A DNA stretch of 64,000 nucleotides. Origin: Candidatus Poribacteria bacterium (GTDB taxonomy: Bacteria > Poribacteria > WGA-4E > PCPOR2b). The stretch's first letter is position 1. Each line of letters starts with the position of its first letter. Below are positions 1 to 11,371 of this stretch, piece by piece. The notes beneath the pieces were generated by a model. It was not told the origin of the DNA. It was given only the letters and a program-made list of their open reading frames with translations, and ran no database searches. The stretch spans positions 1,024,001 through 1,088,000 of the forward strand of contig OZ244042.1 of assembly GCA_965215015.1 (NCBI GenBank), in the 5' to 3' direction. Both the position numbers and the translations under genes were made by a program.

Positions 1-263
1 CACTCGGTCTACCGATTGCAGTTATTGCTGCATCCACCGCACAAGGAAAAGTGACGAGGACTGCCCTTGAAGGGATTGCACGTCAACCTGAAGCAGCCCC
101 TAGGATTCAGACAGCGATGATCATCGGTTTGGCACTTATCGAATCACTCGTGATCTACTCGCTGCTAATCTTCTTCCTGCTTATGGGAAAACTCCCAGAG
201 GGAACGATGCTTCAAAGTATGATTGAGGCTGATCAGAAACAAGTACAAACCAGTCATGAATAA
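1..263 (+). CDS. atpE: ATP synthase F0 subunit c (5'-truncated by window edge)
   Basis: Frame open from base 3: ...AASTAQGKVTRTALEGIARQPEA...GLALIESLVIY. Has the RQPE loop and carboxylate E, and is first in the atp cluster. Confidence 0.95.
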   Translation, partial: LGLPIAVIAASTAQGKVTRTALEGIARQPEAAPRIQTAMIIGLALIESLVIYSLLIFFLLMGKLPEGTMLQSMIEADQKQVQTSHE

Positions 264-264
264 G

Positions 265-324
265 ACGTGAAACGTGAAACGTGAAACGTGAATCATAGAT
301 CCCTTTACGTTTTACGTTTTACGT
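265..324 (+). repeat. Heptamer tandem repeats forming an inverted pair, (ACGTGAA)x4 ... (TTTACGT)x3
   Basis: Read directly between atpE and atpF. The two blocks pair as RNA with G-U wobble. Confidence 0.85.
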
Positions 325-385
325 TATACACACATTACTATTCTTACGCTACATACGATACCTCGACTTCAAGAAAATAACTATC

Positions 386-988
386 ATGACAAAATTAACG
401 TGGCTCTTTTTACTGATGATTATCAAGGTGATATTAATTGTTCCGACAAGTGGATTCGCTGCAGAAGCGAGCACCGGTGACGTGGGACTTTTAGAACTCA
501 TTGGAATTGATCCGAAAACAATCCTCCTCCAAGCCCTAGGTTTCATTATTGTTCTACTTGTGCTTTGGAAATTTGTCTTTGGACGCATCGGTGGGCTTCT
601 AGAAGAACGGCAGCAGGAAATCACGTCGCGAATGGAGAAACTGGAGGCGGACCAACGCGAACTGGATCGGTTGAATGCTGAAACCCGTCAACAGCTCAAC
701 AAAATTGAAACGGATGGACAGGCGAAGATTCAAGCCGCTATCGATGAGGGAAATGCCGAACGGCAGCGTATCCTTGATCGAGCACGTCAGGAGGCAAGTG
801 CCGAGCTTGAACGGGCGCAATCTGAGATTCAACGCGAAAAGGATGAAGCCATCCTCGAACTACGAGGTACTGTTGCGGAAATTGCGATTGATGCTGCAAG
901 CAGAATCATCGATCAGACCCTCGATGCAGAGAGACATCAGCACATTATCGATGAATCTATCAACCTCCTTCCTGTGCAGAACACCTAA
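386..988 (+). CDS. atpF: ATP synthase F0 subunit b
   Basis: Membrane anchor (QALGFIIVLLVLWKF) followed by a long charged coiled coil; position in the operon. Confidence 0.93.
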   Translation: MTKLTWLFLLMIIKVILIVPTSGFAAEASTGDVGLLELIGIDPKTILLQALGFIIVLLVLWKFVFGRIGGLLEERQQEITSRMEKLEADQRELDRLNAETRQQLNKIETDGQAKIQAAIDEGNAERQRILDRARQEASAELERAQSEIQREKDEAILELRGTVAEIAIDAASRIIDQTLDAERHQHIIDESINLLPVQNT

Positions 989-1010
989 CACATAATTTGA
1001 AGAATATACG

Positions 1011-1550
1011 ATGAGAGAAATTCGCATTGCCAAACCCTACGCACAAGCATTGTACAGTGCAGCGACAGAGCAGGATATTTTAGAGAGTATTGTCGCAGAT
1101 GTCAATCAAGTCCTCCAATTGACACAAGAATCGGAAGATTTCGAGCAGTTTCTGACCAATCCCATTTTGTCGCCGCAGTTCAAGAGTGAGATGTTTCAAC
1201 AACTCCTATCCGAGACTGTTCATCCGCTTACCCTCAATTTTCTACGCTTGCTGGCATTGAAACAACGTGAGAGATCCTTAGTTTCAATCCTACAGATGTT
1301 TCTGGAGATTGTCGATTTGCAAGCGGGTCGGGTCGTCGCGCAGGTAACGTCAGCGGTTCCGCTCACCGATGTGCAAAAAGCTAACCTCACCCGGCAGCTG
1401 AGCGATTACTCAGGGGCAGAAGTGCGGCTTGAATTGAGCGAAGATGCCGAGATCCGAGGTGGAATCGTTGTGCGATTAGGGGATACCGTGTTTGATGGAA
1501 GCATCACATCGCAGCTTCAACGAATGAGAGCATTACTTGCAAGGGGATAG
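1011..1550 (+). CDS. atpH: ATP synthase F1 subunit delta
   Basis: IAKPYAQALY N-terminus and IRGGIVVRLGDTVFDGS C-terminus. Confidence 0.96.
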   Translation: MREIRIAKPYAQALYSAATEQDILESIVADVNQVLQLTQESEDFEQFLTNPILSPQFKSEMFQQLLSETVHPLTLNFLRLLALKQRERSLVSILQMFLEIVDLQAGRVVAQVTSAVPLTDVQKANLTRQLSDYSGAEVRLELSEDAEIRGGIVVRLGDTVFDGSITSQLQRMRALLARG

Positions 1551-1594
1551 GGGTTCGCTAGGTAAATTGCTACGCGATTGACCTAGCGAACCCC
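1550..1594 (+). promoter_or_regulatory. Intergenic 14-bp perfect stem-loop between atpH and atpA (likely mRNA stability/processing element)
   Basis: GGGGTTCGCTAGGT ... ACCTAGCGAACCCC inverted repeat with no U-tract on the + strand. Confidence 0.6.
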
Positions 1595-1612
1595 AAAGGG
1601 AGAACACAATTC

Positions 1613-3169
1613 ATGGCAAGAAAAGTTAGACCCGACGAAGTATCAAATATTCTAAAACAACAACTACTACAATATAGTCAGCAGGTTGACGTATACGACT
1701 CCGGAACCGTGCTGGAAGTTGGTGACGGGATTGCTCGTGTCCATGGACTTGCCAACGTCATGGCGAGCGAAATGATTGAATTTCCCAACGGTGTTTCCGG
1801 TATGGCGTTTAACCTTGAAGAGGATAATGTCGGTTGCGTCCTCTTTGGCGAAGACAGGCTAATCCATGAGGGAGATCTCGCCAAGCGAACTAACAGATTG
1901 CTCGAAGTGCCTGTCGGAGAGGCGTTACTTGGGCGCGTTGTAAACGCCCTTGGACAACCTATTGATGGCAAAGGGGAAATTAAGACAGAGCATACCCTCC
2001 CCGTTGAACGGAAGGGGTTGGGCATTGTCCAACGTCAGCCGGTGAGTGAGCCGATGTACACTGGTTTGAAGGCGATTGACAGTATGACAGCAATCGGACG
2101 GGGACAGCGAGAGTTGATTATCGGCGACCGTCAAACAGGCAAAACGGCTATCACCATTGATGCGATCATTAACCAGAATTCAAAATGGAAGGAAACAGGT
2201 GCTCAAGAAGACATCGATATGTATTGTATCTACGTCGCAGTCGGACAAAAGGGCTCAACAGTTGCCCAAGTCGTCAATACGTTAGAAGAGTATAACGCGA
2301 TGGGCTACACGATTGTTGTCTCTGCACCGGCGAGTGATTCATCTCCACTCCAGTATCTCGCGCCTTACACAGGCACCTCGATGGGAGAATACTTCCGGGA
2401 TAGCGGCCGACACGCCCTCGTTGTTTATGATGACCTTACCAAACATGCGTGGGCGTATCGTCAGATGTCTCTCCTTTCACGGCGCCCACCGGGGCGTGAA
2501 GCGTATCCGGGTGATGTCTTTTATCTTCACTCCCGCTTGTTGGAACGTGCCTCAAAGCTCAGTGATGAATTGGGCGGGGGTTCGCTGACCGCTTTACCAA
2601 TTATCGAGATTTTTGAAGGGGATCTTACCACCTATATCCCAACAAACGTAATTTCCATTACGGACGGGCAAATCTACCTAATAACAGATCTCTTCAACGA
2701 AGGCGTCCGCCCCGCGATTGATGTCGGTACATCGGTTTCCCGGGTGGATAAAAAAGCTCAGATTAAAGCAATGAGTGCGGCTGAAGTTGCAGGGTCCCTG
2801 AGATTAGACCTAGCCAGCTTTCGTGAGGTTGCTGCGTTTGCACAGTTTGGATCCGATCTCGATGCCGCGACCCAGGCCCAACTCCGGCGCGGGGAACGTC
2901 TGGTTGAACTACTGAAACAGCCACAGTATGAGCCAATGCCGGCTGAAAAAGAGATTGTAGCGATTTTCTCCGGAGCTAATGGCTATTTGGATGATATCGA
3001 AACGAGTCACGTGGCGCAGTTTGAATCTGAACTTTTATCATATATGGAAAGAAATCACTCAGACGTGCTCAAGGAGATTGTTGATACCGGGGAGCTCAGT
3101 GATGAACTTACTGAACGTTTGCACGAAGCCATAAAAAATTTCAAGGAACAGTTCAGGCATGATACATAA
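1613..3169 (+). CDS. atpA: ATP synthase F1 subunit alpha
   Basis: GDRQTGKT P-loop and [24 protein letters not shown]. Confidence 0.99.
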   Translation: MARKVRPDEVSNILKQQLLQYSQQVDVYDSGTVLEVGDGIARVHGLANVMASEMIEFPNGVSGMAFNLEEDNVGCVLFGEDRLIHEGDLAKRTNRLLEVPVGEALLGRVVNALGQPIDGKGEIKTEHTLPVERKGLGIVQRQPVSEPMYTGLKAIDSMTAIGRGQRELIIGDRQTGKTAITIDAIINQNSKWKETGAQEDIDMYCIYVAVGQKGSTVAQVVNTLEEYNAMGYTIVVSAPASDSSPLQYLAPYTGTSMGEYFRDSGRHALVVYDDLTKHAWAYRQMSLLSRRPPGREAYPGDVFYLHSRLLERASKLSDELGGGSLTALPIIEIFEGDLTTYIPTNVISITDGQIYLITDLFNEGVRPAIDVGTSVSRVDKKAQIKAMSAAEVAGSLRLDLASFREVAAFAQFGSDLDAATQAQLRRGERLVELLKQPQYEPMPAEKEIVAIFSGANGYLDDIETSHVAQFESELLSYMERNHSDVLKEIVDTGELSDELTERLHEAIKNFKEQFRHDT

Positions 3170-3296
3170 TCCGTAATAGGTAACGATAAATTACCGGGGT
3201 AAGGATATAAAGTAGATGCAGCAGATATAGAATCATAGCTACTCGTATAAAGAAGGAACACATACTTTTTTACGCATTACTCATTAGAGGTTTACC

Positions 3297-4163
3297 ATGG
3301 CAACATTACGTGAAATCAGACGGCGTATCGCAAGTATTGAGAATATCGCGAAAGTAACAGATGCAATGCGAGTGGTTGCTGCGGCTAGGTTACGCCGAGC
3401 ACAGGAAAATATCCTAGCCACCCGCCCTTTCGCCGAAAAATTCAATACAATCCTAGGCCATCTTATCTCTCAGATTGAAAATCCCTCCCATCCGCTGCTG
3501 GAATCGCGTGAACTTAAGCGCGTTTGTCTGATCTCCGTTTCCGCAGACCGTGGACTATGCGGTAGCTTTAACAGCAACGTGATTCGATCAACAACACAAC
3601 GAACCCAACACTATCAAGCACAGGGGGCGGAAGTGATGGTTATTTGTGTTGGCAGACGCACACGGGACTATTTCGTACGGCGCGATTATAATGTTATCGC
3701 TGAGTATGTCAACATTTTTCGGCAGCTTGCATTTGAGACCGCTGTTGAAATCGTGGAGGAGTTTGAGCATCTGTATCGGGATAAACAGGTCGACAGGGTG
3801 GAAGTTATCTACAACGATTTCAAATCCGCGATTGTGCAAACGGTTTTGGTCGAGGGTTTGCTGCCCCTCACTCCTGAAGTGCCAACCGGCGATGAACGCT
3901 TCCTCGATTATCTATATGAGCCGGAACAAGAGACAATTTTCCAATCCGTATTGGCAAAACACCTGAATATGCAAATGTGGAAGGTGCTACTAGATTCCAA
4001 TGCCGCAGAGCAAGCGGCGCGGATGGTAGCGATGGAAAATGCAACCCGCAACGCCAATGAACTCATTGACGACTTAGTTCTTCAACGTAACCGCGCCCGC
4101 CAGACCCAGATTACAACAGAGATTTCTGAGATTGTGAGTGGTGCAGCGGCTTTGGAAGGTTAA
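3297..4163 (+). CDS. atpG: ATP synthase F1 subunit gamma
   Basis: DRGLCGSFN, ARMVAMENAT and NRARQTQITTEISEIVSGA motifs. Confidence 0.99.
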   Translation: MATLREIRRRIASIENIAKVTDAMRVVAAARLRRAQENILATRPFAEKFNTILGHLISQIENPSHPLLESRELKRVCLISVSADRGLCGSFNSNVIRSTTQRTQHYQAQGAEVMVICVGRRTRDYFVRRDYNVIAEYVNIFRQLAFETAVEIVEEFEHLYRDKQVDRVEVIYNDFKSAIVQTVLVEGLLPLTPEVPTGDERFLDYLYEPEQETIFQSVLAKHLNMQMWKVLLDSNAAEQAARMVAMENATRNANELIDDLVLQRNRARQTQITTEISEIVSGAAALEG

Positions 4164-4337
4164 AGCGAAGTGAGAAGTGTCCCCAAGATATGAAGAGGAA
4201 GCGAGCTATAAACGCGTAGAAACCTATATCATCAAAAAAGCAAGGCTGGTTTGGAGAGGTTGGGAGGCCGCGGTCATTGCCGCTGAGAGTCCAATTCGCT
4301 GGAAGCTTCTGAGAAAGGTTTTATTGGGGGTGAAAAC

Positions 4338-4811
4338 ATGCCCTACAACGTCAACAAACAGATTCAAGAAGCAATGGAGCGGGGCGATTTCAACGATTTG
4401 CCCGGTAAGGGGAAGCCTCAACAGCGCGATGATAATCCCTTCATTCCTCGCGAAATCCGTATGGTAAATCAAATGCTCAAGGATAAGGGCTTCGCGCCCC
4501 GCTGGATTGAAGTAGACAAAGAGATTCGATCCGAAAACGAAAAGGTGAAAAAAATAATCGCAAATATCAAAGGGCGGCAAGCACGTTTGGAAGCGAAGCT
4601 CCGAGCGCAACCCCTAAAACGTGATGTGATTCGGGCGATTTTTGAATTAGAACGCACACAGGCATTGGAAGCGTACACTGCTCGGTTACAACAACTCAAT
4701 AAGAAAATTCAACAATGGAACCTCATGACCCCATTGCGTGATAAACAATACCCGCTGCATAACCTTGATGCAGCAGTAGCCTATTTTCACAAGCAGTGCC
4801 CCGGTCTTTAA
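4338..4811 (+). CDS. DUF1992 / DnaJ-family-domain protein
   Basis: IQEAMERGDFNDLPGKGKP signature and ...LKDKGFAPRWIE. Confidence 0.85.
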   Translation: MPYNVNKQIQEAMERGDFNDLPGKGKPQQRDDNPFIPREIRMVNQMLKDKGFAPRWIEVDKEIRSENEKVKKIIANIKGRQARLEAKLRAQPLKRDVIRAIFELERTQALEAYTARLQQLNKKIQQWNLMTPLRDKQYPLHNLDAAVAYFHKQCPGL

Positions 4812-4882
4812 TTTCGTCTAGTGAAACCGTAAAGCCTTAAGAAATAGGGAATAGGGTTTCATGAAATTTATCTAATCTTGCT

Positions 4883-5212
4883 GGCAAACCCCCTTCCTTT
4901 AGCCAAAGCGTGTTGTTAAGCAAAAAAGCGTTGAAGTTACAGGCTAAAAAAGGTATACTTTTCTTGTCTTTCGTAGGGGTTTTCTACCATGTCCAAACTG
5001 CCATACACAGTTAGATATTGACTGCAACTCCGCGGTCAATATCTATCGAGTTGGGGTATCAACCCTTGCTGGAGAGTTGGTAAGTCCGAGCTCGCTCGGC
5101 TCCCCTCGTTGGCAGCACAATTCGACGTCTTAGAGGAACGGGAACGTCTGTTAGGTTGATGCCTAACAGGCCGTCGAGAATTCCCTCCCTTTAGGGGGTA
5201 AGAGTCTGTCAA
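4883..5212 (+). mobile_element. Non-autonomous IS200/IS605-family relic: tnpB 3' end plus right end (omegaRNA-like)
   Basis: From 4990 it reads CPNCHTQLDIDCNSAVNIYRVGVST, matching the TnpB Zn-ribbon and DxNAAxNI motif. It ends GAATTCCCTCCCTTTAGGGGGTAAGAGTCTGTCAA, resembling an IS605 right-end hairpin + TCAA. Left boundary approximate. Confidence 0.75.
4931..4959 (+). promoter_or_regulatory. Sigma70-type promoter upstream of the tnpB relic
   Basis: TTGAAG-17 nt-TATACT. Confidence 0.6.
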
Positions 5213-5270
5213 GCAAGTCAAAGGCTTACACTTAACTGTTAATCTATTTTATGGGAGAGGAGACCAACTG

Positions 5271-6071
5271 ATGACATTCAAATTAGGGAGTATGCTTCTA
5301 GTTGCTCTGATAGTGCTAGTTGCTTTAATCGGGTGTGACGGTGCCACCAGGGATTTGGTGCTAGCTACGGTACCATCCACGGATGCTGAGATCGACACGA
5401 TGCCCCCGATGGATACCGACATGGATGATGTTACACCTGATGAGGCAGCGGCTCCAGTGAAGTTGGTGTGGTTAATCAACTATCCGCTTGGTGGGAAAGA
5501 CGCCTATATTGCATGGGTTGCGTCTGTTGCACCCACACTGCAAGCCCCCGAAGAGCTCAAACGGGTAGCATCTTACGATAGTTTCTACGGTGAGAATCCG
5601 CATCGGCTCGTTGAGTTTGAATTTGGTAGTTTCGCAGATGCGATGACGTATCTGAATCGTCCTGATATCGCTGCAATTATTGGTTCACTTCCAGATCACG
5701 CCAGTGAATCGAGCACGTATGTATTTATCCAGCGTTCCGATTACTCGAAAAGCGAGAACTCCACCCGGAAGTTGAAAGTCGTTTACTTAATTGACTACCC
5801 GCTTGGTGGAAAAGCGGCGTATCTGGAGTGGGTTGCGTCCAATGCCCTAACACTGTCGTCACCCGCTGAGCTCAAACGAGTAGCATCTTACGACAACTAT
5901 TACGGTGAATCTCCACACCGGCTCGTTGAGTTTGAGTTTGATAGTATCGAAGATGCCAATGCGTACCAAGAACGGGAAGGCATACGGGCTATTAATGTTG
6001 AACTCCCAAATCGAACAAGTCGCGTAGCCCAACTTACCTTTGAGTTGCGTTCAGATTACGTCAACGAATAA
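5271..6071 (+). CDS. Lipoprotein with two tandem homologous domains (EthD/DUF1330-like alpha-beta barrel, tentative)
   Basis: Lipobox LIGC; internal duplication YPLGGK.AY..WVAS...ELKRVASYD..YGE.PHRLVEFEF. Confidence 0.75.
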   Translation: MTFKLGSMLLVALIVLVALIGCDGATRDLVLATVPSTDAEIDTMPPMDTDMDDVTPDEAAAPVKLVWLINYPLGGKDAYIAWVASVAPTLQAPEELKRVASYDSFYGENPHRLVEFEFGSFADAMTYLNRPDIAAIIGSLPDHASESSTYVFIQRSDYSKSENSTRKLKVVYLIDYPLGGKAAYLEWVASNALTLSSPAELKRVASYDNYYGESPHRLVEFEFDSIEDANAYQEREGIRAINVELPNRTSRVAQLTFELRSDYVNE

Positions 6072-6394
6072 TTGCTGAAACTCGCCCCGGCTCCCGGATC
6101 TGACCTACAGGGTTCAGGGAATTGTGCTTCCACTCACACAAAGTGCCTCTCTACATCAAAAAGTAGAGCGAGAAATTGCTGTAAATTCGCCATCAGATTT
6201 AACATGGTTGAACAATTCCTCAAAAAAATAACATCACTGATTATAATTCAACTGGAGTTTGGGGCAATCGTATTGATTAGGGGAAGGCATACGGGAAGAC
6301 TCAAGAGTTTACGCTCCCGGTGCTCTCCTTTGTGCACAAACCAGACCCTGCCGATAGTATTGATAATATAGACAATTGATGGAAAGCGAGATAA

Positions 6395-7807
<1,413 letters not shown>

Positions 7808-7821
7808 CCAACCCTATAACT

Positions 7822-8229
7822 ATGCTTGCAAAAAGACTACATCTCGAAATCCGAACACCCGAACAGTTGATTTATGAAGGTGACATTACCGGCGTGAGGG
7901 CCCCCGGCGAACTGGGATCCTTTGAGATCCTTGCCGGGCACCTCCCCTTCTTGACCGTGCTGGATATTGGTGAGATTCGCATCCGTGAATCTGACACACC
8001 CCAATCCATCGCAACCAGTGGAGGTGTTTTTGAAGTATTACGCACCGGCGTCACCGTGTTGGCGGATACTGCCGAGTGGGCGTATGAAATTGATGTTGAA
8101 CGTGCAGAAGCCGCTCGCCAACGTGCACAGGCACTCCTTGCCTCACGCGATCCAAATATTAACCGCGCAAGAGCAGAAGCAGCATTGGCTCGCGCTGTAA
8201 ATCGATTACGAATTGCAGGGCTGCAGTAG
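7822..8229 (+). CDS. atpC: ATP synthase F1 subunit epsilon
   Basis: LEIRTPE, GSFEILAGHLP and EIDVERAEAA...RAVNRL. Confidence 0.97.
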   Translation: MLAKRLHLEIRTPEQLIYEGDITGVRAPGELGSFEILAGHLPFLTVLDIGEIRIRESDTPQSIATSGGVFEVLRTGVTVLADTAEWAYEIDVERAEAARQRAQALLASRDPNINRARAEAALARAVNRLRIAGLQ

Positions 8230-8259
8230 TTTTGATTAGTCAACGTTTGATTAATGAGA

Positions 8260-8301
8260 GGGGAAACAGCCGGTAGGTAAATCTGCTGTTTCCCCTTTTT
8301 T
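8260..8301 (+). terminator. Intrinsic terminator of the atp operon
   Basis: GGGGAAACAGC ... GCTGTTTCCCC followed by TTTTTT. Confidence 0.85.
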
Positions 8302-8319
8302 GCTTTGGGAGAGAAACAC

Positions 8320-9924
8320 ATGACACTAGGCGGTCAGCTTCAGTATTTTCGCTCCGGGATTGATGGCAAGCTACACCCCTGTGCAGTATGTTCAACCGAT
8401 ACAAGTGACGCACCGAAGCCCTTAATTGTGGAGGTAAGCCCCGGCGCATTGGGAAATCTATCTAGCGCGGTCGAGTTGACTGAACAAATTGCAGGAATTG
8501 CTGCGAAACACAATCAATCATGTATTGTCCTTAGACCAACAGGACGGGGATCCGGTTCAGTTTATCAAAACTACGGCGAAATCGATGTCCTAGAAGCTAT
8601 CGAACATGTTGCTTCAAACTACGTCATTGACCGGGATCGCATTACAATCACCGGCAGTTCAATGGGTGGGGCGGCAACATGGTATCTAATCTCTCACTAT
8701 CCGGATCTTTTCGCAGGTGCTGCACCATTTTGTGGTTATTGTGATTATCAACTGTGGGAAAAACCGGGAGGGCTCACGTTCCACATGCACGAATGGGAAA
8801 CGCCCTCTTGGTGCGCTAGGTCCGCTGTATTTCTCATTGAAAACCTCGCCCATACACCCGTTTGGATAATCCACGGCGAATGGGATCGGGGGGTTGGCGG
8901 CGGTGTGCCGGTTGAACATTCCCGTCGAATCGCACAGCTTATGGAAGAACGGGGTTATACACACAAGTATACAGAGGTCCTTAAAACGGGCCATGGATGC
9001 CGCCTCCCCGATATATGGGAAGAAGTCATCCTTTGGCTGCTGAAGCAGCGGAAGCAGCGATCTCCTGATCATGTTTCGTTGGCAACTTACAATCTGCGTC
9101 ATAATCGATCCTACTGGATCACGGTAGACCAACTAGCACATTACGGCGAGCGAGGAGTGGTCAATGCGCGGTTTGTCAAGAGCAACTGCCTTGCCATCTA
9201 TACTGAGAATATCCGCACCTTCTCCCTTGGACCAATTCAGAAGAACGAACAGGTCAATATAACAATTGATGGTCAAAAATTTGAACTGATAAACTTAAGT
9301 CACCAGAAACAATTTCAACGAGATCATAAAGGCGTTTGGGCGCATGACAATTTTGAGCTCTCCGCTAAGAAGCGTCATCGGGCATCGGGGCCCATCAGTG
9401 ACCTCTTTTTCGATGGACTGATCCTTGTGCCCGGCACAGTTGGGACAGAGGAAGAGACATTTTTTAACAAATGGATTGCCGAGAACGCGGTTGGATACTA
9501 TCGCAGCCGAAATGGAGGGGTGCATCGTGGCGGCATCATGGGGGATAACGCTGTCCAACTCCCTGTTATCCCTGACGTTGAGCTCACTGAGGATCTTCTG
9601 CAAACGAACAACTTGATCCTATATGGTGTCTATGATTCTAACGCCATCCTATCGCAATTTGAAGGTCAGCTGCCGCTTACCTTTGAGGGCAAGACAATCC
9701 ATCTGTCGGATAAATCTTACGCGGCGGACAGAGCGGCAGTTTTCGCCGTATTTCCTCATCCCTCAAACTCAGACCGCTATGTCGCGGTGCACGCTGGGGT
9801 CACACCGGATGCAATATGCTGGGGAAGCCATCTCGATATGCAACTCCTGCCCGATTACATTGTCTATTCCGGAGGCCAACTCCTTGACTGGGGGTTCTGG
9901 GGGAATGACTGGAAATCTCAGTGA
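8320..9924 (+). CDS. Alpha/beta hydrolase (prolyl oligopeptidase/esterase-like)
   Basis: GSSMGG nucleophile elbow, IIHGEWD and TGHG catalytic His region. Confidence 0.85.
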   Translation: MTLGGQLQYFRSGIDGKLHPCAVCSTDTSDAPKPLIVEVSPGALGNLSSAVELTEQIAGIAAKHNQSCIVLRPTGRGSGSVYQNYGEIDVLEAIEHVASNYVIDRDRITITGSSMGGAATWYLISHYPDLFAGAAPFCGYCDYQLWEKPGGLTFHMHEWETPSWCARSAVFLIENLAHTPVWIIHGEWDRGVGGGVPVEHSRRIAQLMEERGYTHKYTEVLKTGHGCRLPDIWEEVILWLLKQRKQRSPDHVSLATYNLRHNRSYWITVDQLAHYGERGVVNARFVKSNCLAIYTENIRTFSLGPIQKNEQVNITIDGQKFELINLSHQKQFQRDHKGVWAHDNFELSAKKRHRASGPISDLFFDGLILVPGTVGTEEETFFNKWIAENAVGYYRSRNGGVHRGGIMGDNAVQLPVIPDVELTEDLLQTNNLILYGVYDSNAILSQFEGQLPLTFEGKTIHLSDKSYAADRAAVFAVFPHPSNSDRYVAVHAGVTPDAICWGSHLDMQLLPDYIVYSGGQLLDWGFWGNDWKSQ

Positions 9925-10039
9925 TAGCCAATCCTTGAAGCAGCACCATCATTTTGTCAGAGCAGTCTGCAATAGAGGAGGGTGTGCATAATTCGAGACA
10001 CATTATAGCTGAATTCAAGCGAGGACACCTTGATCAATC

Positions 10040-10088
10040 GTAGGGGCTTGGTTTCCAAGCCCGACGGGTTGGGAAACCCAATCCCTAC
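10040..10088. repeat. GTAG-type REP palindrome
   Basis: GTAGGGGCTTGGTTTCCAAGCCC...GGGTTGGGAAACCCAATCCCTAC. Confidence 0.75.
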
Positions 10089-10507
10089 TCATTGAGAGAT
10101 TTTGAGAAGTATACGCATCCAAACCTATTTATGAGCACCCCTGACATATAGATGTCCACACCACGAGAAAATAATGATTAGTCAAAAAGAGGTCATCCAA
10201 AAGCTTGCACTCTAAATCGCAGGTATGAGGCTTGACGAGATCACAGCAAAGTATAATCGCACCAAAGGGACCATATCCGTCTTGCTGAACCGCGGGGAAA
10301 ATCAAGGCTAAAGTAGGTAGAACGGATAGCCCTACGTACAACCGATGAGATTATCGCAGGACAGCAGCAAAAGGCGATGATAGTAACGAGGGAAGACAAT
10401 AACTGAAACTCGAACCGTTGGACATCTCAGGTTGAGCTGGGATTGTTAGGCACAATCTTACAATCTGGCACCGTAGCATATTTATGTTACGGCGCATTAT
10501 CTCTCTG

Positions 10508-10592
10508 AAAACAGAAAAAGGGCTGCATGTCGGTAATCCCCAAATCACGCAGCCCTTCTGTTTCCGATCGAAACTAGATGAACAGGAAGGTG
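10508..10592 (-). terminator. Hairpin/terminator element, copy A (copy B at 11888-11972)
   Basis: Minus strand reads GTTTCGATCGGAAAC, then GGGCTGC...GCAGCCC and a U-tract. Clearly homologous to copy B. Confidence 0.7.
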
Positions 10593-10612
10593 CTCTATTC
10601 TCCCTCTGTTTT

Positions 10613-11371
10613 TCAATTCAATCCCAAAAACGAATAGGGATCAAGCCCTCCATCTTCGTAATGAACAACCTTTAGCCAACTCGGTTGAGTCCCTTCCTCC
10701 ACTGCCTGTTCGTAGTCCTTAAGAAGATAATAGCAAGTATAACTTGCCAGATATTCCTCAACACTTCCATCTTCATTTTCAGACTCTGCCCACTCAACAT
10801 AGACAGTATCGTTGTAAAGTGGGTAGACCCGCCCATTATCTGTATCCAGAATTCCGCTACCTACCTGCGTCCCCTGATTCCACAGCTTTATAAGGACCCG
10901 GTGGATTAACTCATGCTCTATAGTAGCGTGCCCCGTCTCATAATACTTCTCCAAATCCTTCCAGATGTTTGGGTTAGGATAGCCCGATGGTATCTCAGGA
11001 TAGGGACCCAGACCATGTATAGATTCACGGGGAGGGAGCTCCGCCGCTACCCCCTCTGTCAAAAGTTGTGTCTCCTCGGGCGACAATCCCGCTAAGAAAT
11101 CATCAACCGATTCGACCACCGGTGCTACTGTTGTATCTGATTCGATGGGTGTCGGTTCGGATTCAACTTGGAGTCCCTCTAAATTGCGCTCAGTTCCCCG
11201 CCCCGCTTCGGGTAGACTTGGCGTGAAGGTTGAGTTCTCTGGAATGTCGAAAGGTCCAATATCGCCGTAGTACCAATGACTCCCAACGTAGAAACCAACG
11301 ACGATAAGGACAGCCCACACAAATGCCCCAATAAGAATCGGTTGTCGTACCAAATCAAATAGATTTCTCAT
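10613..11371 (-). CDS. Hypothetical membrane-anchored protein (island cargo)
   Basis: N-terminal TM helix, acidic linker and globular C-terminal part (GLGPYPEIP...HELIHRVLIKLWNQG). Confidence 0.8.
   Translation of the reverse strand: MRNLFDLVRQPILIGAFVWAVLIVVGFYVGSHWYYGDIGPFDIPENSTFTPSLPEAGRGTERNLEGLQVESEPTPIESDTTVAPVVESVDDFLAGLSPEETQLLTEGVAAELPPRESIHGLGPYPEIPSGYPNPNIWKDLEKYYETGHATIEHELIHRVLIKLWNQGTQVGSGILDTDNGRVYPLYNDTVYVEWAESENEDGSVEEYLASYTCYYLLKDYEQAVEEGTQPSWLKVVHYEDGGLDPYSFLGLN

Noticed and set aside
265-324. CRISPR array
   Set aside because: 7-nt tandem units without spacers; no cas genes.
6072-6371. 99-aa ORF or ncRNA upstream of atpD
   Set aside because: No RBS, no recognisable motif and no convincing conserved structure.
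10130-10320. HTH-like fragment (MRLDEITAKYNRTKGTISVLLNR)
   Set aside because: Short and interrupted by stops. Possibly island debris, but not supportable as a feature.
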